Shown here piece by piece: positions 16,650 to 20,000 of a stretch of 20,000 nt of DNA (positions are counted from its first letter, which is position 1; each line of letters begins with the position of its first letter). Source of the stretch: an uncultured virus (IMG/VR IMGVR_UViG_3300008111_000022) (lineage: Duplodnaviria; Heunggongvirae; Uroviricota; Caudoviricetes); IMG/VR virus record IMGVR_UViG_3300008111_000022; one strand, 5' to 3'. The notes beneath the pieces were generated by a model, which saw only the letters and a program-made list of their open reading frames with translations, made no database searches and had not been told where the DNA came from. The position numbers were made by a program, and so were the translations under genes.

Positions 16650-16661
16650 GACTATCCAATT

Positions 16662-16684
16662 AGGTTCACTATCCCCTATGGTTC
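16662..16684 (-). promoter_or_regulatory. 23-bp leader element copy 2 (GAACCATAGGGGATAGTGAACCT)
   Basis: Exact match to 11141-11163; 12 nt downstream of the late promoter at 16697-16703. Confidence 0.75.
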
Positions 16685-16696
16685 GTCTTTTACAAG

Positions 16697-16703
16697 TATT
16701 TAT
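16697..16703 (-). promoter_or_regulatory. T4-type late promoter (ATAAATA) for the fibre operon
   Basis: ATAAATA on the minus strand in the intergenic region, ~100 nt upstream of the ATG at 16600. Confidence 0.65.
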
Positions 16704-16710
16704 TAAATAC

Positions 16711-17082
16711 TCAACTGGCATTATTTCTTCTAGGACGATATGCAAATAAATTAGTAGGAGGATCTGGTTTCATCCATTCTTCTATTTTATCAAACCTCTC
16801 TTCACTATAAAAATCTTGTTGAACATACCATAGTTTCCAATGCTCATGTCCCTTTGACTGGTTGCAGTCATGGCAGCAACAGACTACGTTTTTTGTATTA
16901 TCCATTCCACCTTTAGACTGTGGAACAATGTGGTCAATCGTAAGGTTCTCTTCTGACCCACAATAAGCACATTGATGATTCCAACTTTCTTTTATCTTTT
17001 GCCTCCACATTCGTTTTGCCTCTCCAGAACTTGTTGCGTATAAATTAAACAAGTATTCTTTTGGAGAGTGTAGAGGTCCCAT
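16711..17082 (-). CDS. HNH endonuclease (McrA/HNH_5-like, Zn-binding), 123 aa
   Basis: CAYCG...LTIDHIVPQSKGG.D...NVVCCCHDCNQSKG is a CxxC-HNH-CxxC signature; late-promoter-like ATAAATA at 17103-17109 upstream. Confidence 0.9.
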   Translation of the reverse strand: MGPLHSPKEYLFNLYATSSGEAKRMWRQKIKESWNHQCAYCGSEENLTIDHIVPQSKGGMDNTKNVVCCCHDCNQSKGHEHWKLWYVQQDFYSEERFDKIEEWMKPDPPTNLFAYRPRRNNAS

Positions 17083-17085
17083 AAA

Positions 17086-17283
17086 TTACTGCGACTTATA
17101 ATTATTTATCTTGGCACAAGCACCTCTTGCCCAGGCACGACTTAGACTATTGACATAAGAACAAGGTTTATTTTTTTGACCACAATGAGGACACACAGCA
17201 TCTGGTGGATCTTTAATATATCCTTCTGGCGTATACACTTTGTTTTTCAAATTTTTTACTTGTTTATGTTTGCGGTGATTCAT
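17086..17283 (-). CDS. Small basic hypothetical protein (65 aa) with CPHC...C...C, possible Zn ligand
   Basis: ATG at 17283 overlaps the TGA of the upstream gene (ATGA coupling): MNHRKHKQ...DPPDAVCPHCGQKNKPCSYVNSLSRAWARGAC. Preferred over the track's start at 17355. Confidence 0.65.
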   Translation of the reverse strand: MNHRKHKQVKNLKNKVYTPEGYIKDPPDAVCPHCGQKNKPCSYVNSLSRAWARGACAKINNYKSQ

Positions 17284-17585
17284 ACTCTCACAGGTTCTGC
17301 TTGCCTGTCTGGTAGTTTGATCTGAGGAAGTTTTTCTGGTTCTTCGACTCTCCAAGACCCACCAACTCCACCATCCATATTCACCACAATCTCATTAGTA
17401 GGAAGTGCTTTGGGAGTTTCAATATCCACCACCTGACCCATCAAAAACTTATTGCGAGTATAAGTGCGGTTCTGTGGGTCCATCGAAACCATATACAGAG
17501 CATCTTCTTCTGCTCCACAATCTAATAGTTTCTTTCCAGTTCTCTTATCAAGAACTGAAAAATACTCTTCATTATACTTTCTCAT
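17280..17585 (-). CDS. Hypothetical phage protein (101 aa)
   Basis: ATG at 17585 (MRKYNEEYFSVLDKRTG...), 20 nt downstream of a sigma70-like promoter; the track's longer start overlaps another small ORF. Confidence 0.7.
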   Translation of the reverse strand: MRKYNEEYFSVLDKRTGKKLLDCGAEEDALYMVSMDPQNRTYTRNKFLMGQVVDIETPKALPTNEIVVNMDGGVGGSWRVEEPEKLPQIKLPDRQAEPVRV

Positions 17586-17694
17586 TGTCTTGTTTCTTTT
17601 CTTTATTGTACGATACTTTGGCAGGTCTGTAAAGGTTAGGCCAAGTATCACGAATTATTTCTGCTAACTTATAAGGTGTTTCAGAAGTGATCAT
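17572..17694 (-). CDS. Small hypothetical protein (40 aa) MITSETPYKLAEIIRDTWPNLYRPAKVSYNKEKKQDNEKV; not in ORF track
   Basis: ATG at 17694 overlaps the TGA (17691-17693) of the preceding 24-aa ORF; TAA at 17572-17574; fills the gap between neighbouring genes. Confidence 0.6.
   Translation of the reverse strand: MITSETPYKLAEIIRDTWPNLYRPAKVSYNKEKKQDNEKV
17605..17633 (-). promoter_or_regulatory. Sigma70-like (early) promoter TTTACA-N17-TACAAT
   Basis: -35 at 17633-17628, -10 at 17610-17605, 17-nt spacer, upstream of the ATG at 17585. Confidence 0.5.
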
Positions 17695-17765
17695 AGATCT
17701 TGTAGTACTGATACTATAAACATAAAAATTCCAAATGCTATGAATGAGAAGAGCATTAAGAACAT
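17691..17765 (-). CDS. Tiny single-transmembrane peptide (24 aa) MFLMLFSFIAFGIFMFIVSVLQDL
   Basis: ATG directly after the psbD terminator U-tract; uninterrupted hydrophobic stretch; stop coupled to the next ATG. This is the 3' part of the track's 78-aa ORF. Confidence 0.5.
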   Translation of the reverse strand: MFLMLFSFIAFGIFMFIVSVLQDL

Positions 17766-17790
17766 AAAAAAAGGAGTTCCGAGAACTCCC
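17766..17790 (-). terminator. Rho-independent terminator after psbD
   Basis: Minus strand GGGAGTTC-TCG-GAACTCC-TTTTTTT, ~10 nt after the psbD stop. Confidence 0.85.
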
Positions 17791-17799
17791 TTATTTAGA

Positions 17800-18861
17800 T
17801 TAGAGTGCATTGCCACGGGGCAAGACTTCCTCTGGGAACACAAAGTTCTCATGAGGTTGGTCAACAGGTGCCATCCAAGCACGGAGTCCTTCATTGAGTA
17901 GAATGTTCTTAGTATAGAAGGTTTCAAACTCAGGATCCTCTGCTGCTCTCACTTCCTGGGATACGAAATCATAAGCACGAAGATTGAGTGCGAGACCAAT
18001 GATCCCAATAGAACTGGTCCAGAGACCCATGACGGGAACAAAGAGCATAAAGAAATGAAGCCAACGCTTATTGCTAAAAGCAATGCCAAAGATCTGCGAC
18101 CAATATCGGTTAGCAGTGACCATAGAATAGGTCTCTTCCTCTTGAGTTGGTTCAAATGCTTTGAACGTGTTTGATTGGTCACTATCTTCATAAAGTGTAT
18201 TCTCTACAGTTGCTCCGTGAATGGCACAGAGTAGTGCTCCTCCTAGTATACCAGCAACTCCCATCATATGGAAGGGGTTGAGAGTCCAGTTGTGGAAACC
18301 CTGAAGGAACAACAGGAACCTGAAGATAGCAGCAACACCAAAGGAAGGTGCAAAGAACCAACTGGATTGTCCCAGTGGATACATCAGGAACACAGATACA
18401 AATACTGCGATAGGACCAGAGAATGCGATTGCGTTGTAAGGACGGATGCCTACAAGACGGGCAATCTCAAACTGACGCAACATGAAACCAATCAGGCTGA
18501 AAGCCCCGTGTAGTGCCACAAAAGGCCAGAGTCCCCCAAGTTGGACCCACCTGACGAAATCTCCCTGAGCTTCTGGACCCCATAGAAGAAGTAGGGAATG
18601 ACCCATAGAATCTGCAGGGGTGCTTAATGCTGCGGTCAAAAAATTACAACCTTCAAGATAAGAACTTGCTAATCCGTGTGTATAAAAACTTGTAACAAAT
18701 GTAGTTCCAGTCAACCAACCACCAAGAGCAAGATATGCTGTTGGAAATAAGAGCAAACCACTCCAACCAACGAACACAAACCTATCCCTTTTCAACCAAT
18801 CATCTAAAAGGTCAAACCAACCTTTTTGTTGGTTTGGAATTGAAAGTGTAGAAGAAGTCAT
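17800..18861 (-). CDS. psbD: Photosystem II reaction-centre D2 protein (phage AMG)
   Basis: 353 aa with [47 protein letters not shown] and [18 protein letters not shown] at 18864-18868. Confidence 0.99.
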   Translation of the reverse strand: MTSSTLSIPNQQKGWFDLLDDWLKRDRFVFVGWSGLLLFPTAYLALGGWLTGTTFVTSFYTHGLASSYLEGCNFLTAALSTPADSMGHSLLLLWGPEAQGDFVRWVQLGGLWPFVALHGAFSLIGFMLRQFEIARLVGIRPYNAIAFSGPIAVFVSVFLMYPLGQSSWFFAPSFGVAAIFRFLLFLQGFHNWTLNPFHMMGVAGILGGALLCAIHGATVENTLYEDSDQSNTFKAFEPTQEEETYSMVTANRYWSQIFGIAFSNKRWLHFFMLFVPVMGLWTSSIGIIGLALNLRAYDFVSQEVRAAEDPEFETFYTKNILLNEGLRAWMAPVDQPHENFVFPEEVLPRGNAL

Positions 18862-18881
18862 AACCTCCTATGTATTTCTCA

Positions 18882-18915
18882 TATTTAGTTTACAATACTT
18901 TACATAAAAGGTCAA
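18882..18915 (-). promoter_or_regulatory. psbD promoter: sigma70 TTGACC-N17-TAAACT with overlapping HLR1-like repeat and late-promoter-like CTAAATA
   Basis: -35 at 18915-18910; -10 at 18892-18887; CTAAATA at 18888-18882; TTTACAAT-AC-TTTACATA on the + strand at 18889-18906. Confidence 0.7.
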
Positions 18916-18924
18916 TAGGGACTT

Positions 18925-19503
18925 TTACTTAATGTATCTTGGGTCAATCGGTTTATCTGGGTCAAGACCTTTTGCCTCTCTATACTTTCTCCACCTTTCT
19001 TTTGATGCTTCACTCCTCCTCTTTCTTTCTTCTTCACTAACATTTGGATTTGAAGACCACCTCTTATTACCTATGAGTGATTTACTAACCTTTTCTTTGG
19101 TTTCTTCTGTATGCTTGTATCCAAGACATCTTTTATTACCTAAACCTGCCTCACCTATTTTTCTTTTATGTTCCTCACTCAACTTCATACCAGTTCTAAA
19201 CTGTCTCAACTTCTCTTTACTTTCTTCTGTGTGCTTTGATTTACCTTTATGTGCTTCACTCATCTTTTGTTTGGTCTCTTCTGTATGAACTCTTCCAGTT
19301 GGGTCCATCAGCAATCTTACAATTTCTTCTTTACCAATAGTTCCTTCTAAACCTTTCCAAGCACAATAATCTTTGATATTACCATATTGTTCCCACAACT
19401 CTCTGTGTGCCTCTGCGTGTTCTTCCACAGTTAGTTCAATAAGATTAGAAGGGTCGTCAGTTCCACCCATATGTCTTGGAACAATATGATGTTTATGTTT
19501 CAT
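18925..19503 (-). CDS. Free-standing HNH homing endonuclease with NUMOD3 repeats (T4 Mob-like), 192 aa
   Basis: N-terminal HHIVPRHMGGTDDPSNLIELTVEEHAEAH HNH motif followed by four NUMOD3-type repeats (HTEETKQKMSEAHKG, HTEESKEKLRQ, LSEEHKRKIGEAGLG, HTEETKEKVSKSLIG); inserted between psbA and psbD. Confidence 0.9.
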   Translation of the reverse strand: MKHKHHIVPRHMGGTDDPSNLIELTVEEHAEAHRELWEQYGNIKDYCAWKGLEGTIGKEEIVRLLMDPTGRVHTEETKQKMSEAHKGKSKHTEESKEKLRQFRTGMKLSEEHKRKIGEAGLGNKRCLGYKHTEETKEKVSKSLIGNKRWSSNPNVSEEERKRRSEASKERWRKYREAKGLDPDKPIDPRYIK

Positions 19504-19532
19504 TCTTACTGCTACTGTGTCTACTACATAAG

Positions 19533-19550
19533 TATTTATACATTATAGCA
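19533..19550 (-). promoter_or_regulatory. Tandem promoters for the homing endonuclease: extended -10 TGcTATAAT and perfect T4 late promoter TATAAATA
   Basis: TGCTATAAT at 19550-19542 and TATAAATA at 19540-19533, 30 nt upstream of the ATG at 19503. Confidence 0.7.
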
Positions 19551-19551
19551 C

Positions 19552-19576
19552 AAAAAAGAGACCCTTGCGGATCTCT
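19552..19576 (-). terminator. Rho-independent terminator after psbA
   Basis: Minus strand AGAGATCC-GCAA-GGGTCTCT-TTTTT: 8-bp stem with one G-U pair, GNRA loop and U-tract. Confidence 0.85.
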
Positions 19577-19597
19577 CAAAAAACTATTGAGTTTTTA

Positions 19598-20000
<403 letters not shown>

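Noticed and set aside
18889..18906. NtcA box in the psbD promoter
   Set aside because: No GTA-N8-TAC palindrome is present; the pattern is a direct repeat matching HLR1 instead.
19504..19532. RBS-sequestering hairpin as in T4 homing endonuclease leaders
   Set aside because: No convincing stem or SD is visible between the late promoter and the ATG.

Overview
This window is a segment of a T4-like cyanomyovirus genome, probably infecting Synechococcus/Cyanobium, and every real gene lies on the minus strand. In transcription order (right to left) it holds: the 3' end of psbA (D1), a terminator, a free-standing HNH/NUMOD3 homing endonuclease, psbD (D2), a terminator, four small ORFs (two not called as such by the ORF track) and a second HNH nuclease. 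These are followed by a late cluster of large repeat-rich fibre/virion genes: a ~1,800-aa fibre with a T4 gp37-like N-terminus split by a frameshift at ~12324, a 2,843-aa fibre with beta-helix, LamG and S74 chaperone domains, a 603-aa protein and a partial gene running off the left edge. The most notable unexplained signals are non-coding or sub-genic: (i) a perfect cyanobacterial HLR1/RpaB-type motif overlapping the phage psbD promoter, (ii) an identical 23-bp leader element before both giant fibre genes, one copy followed by a three-way-junction RNA candidate, (iii) locally recoded psbA and psbD sequence flanking the homing endonuclease, and (iv) a late promoter positioned to bypass the psbD terminator.
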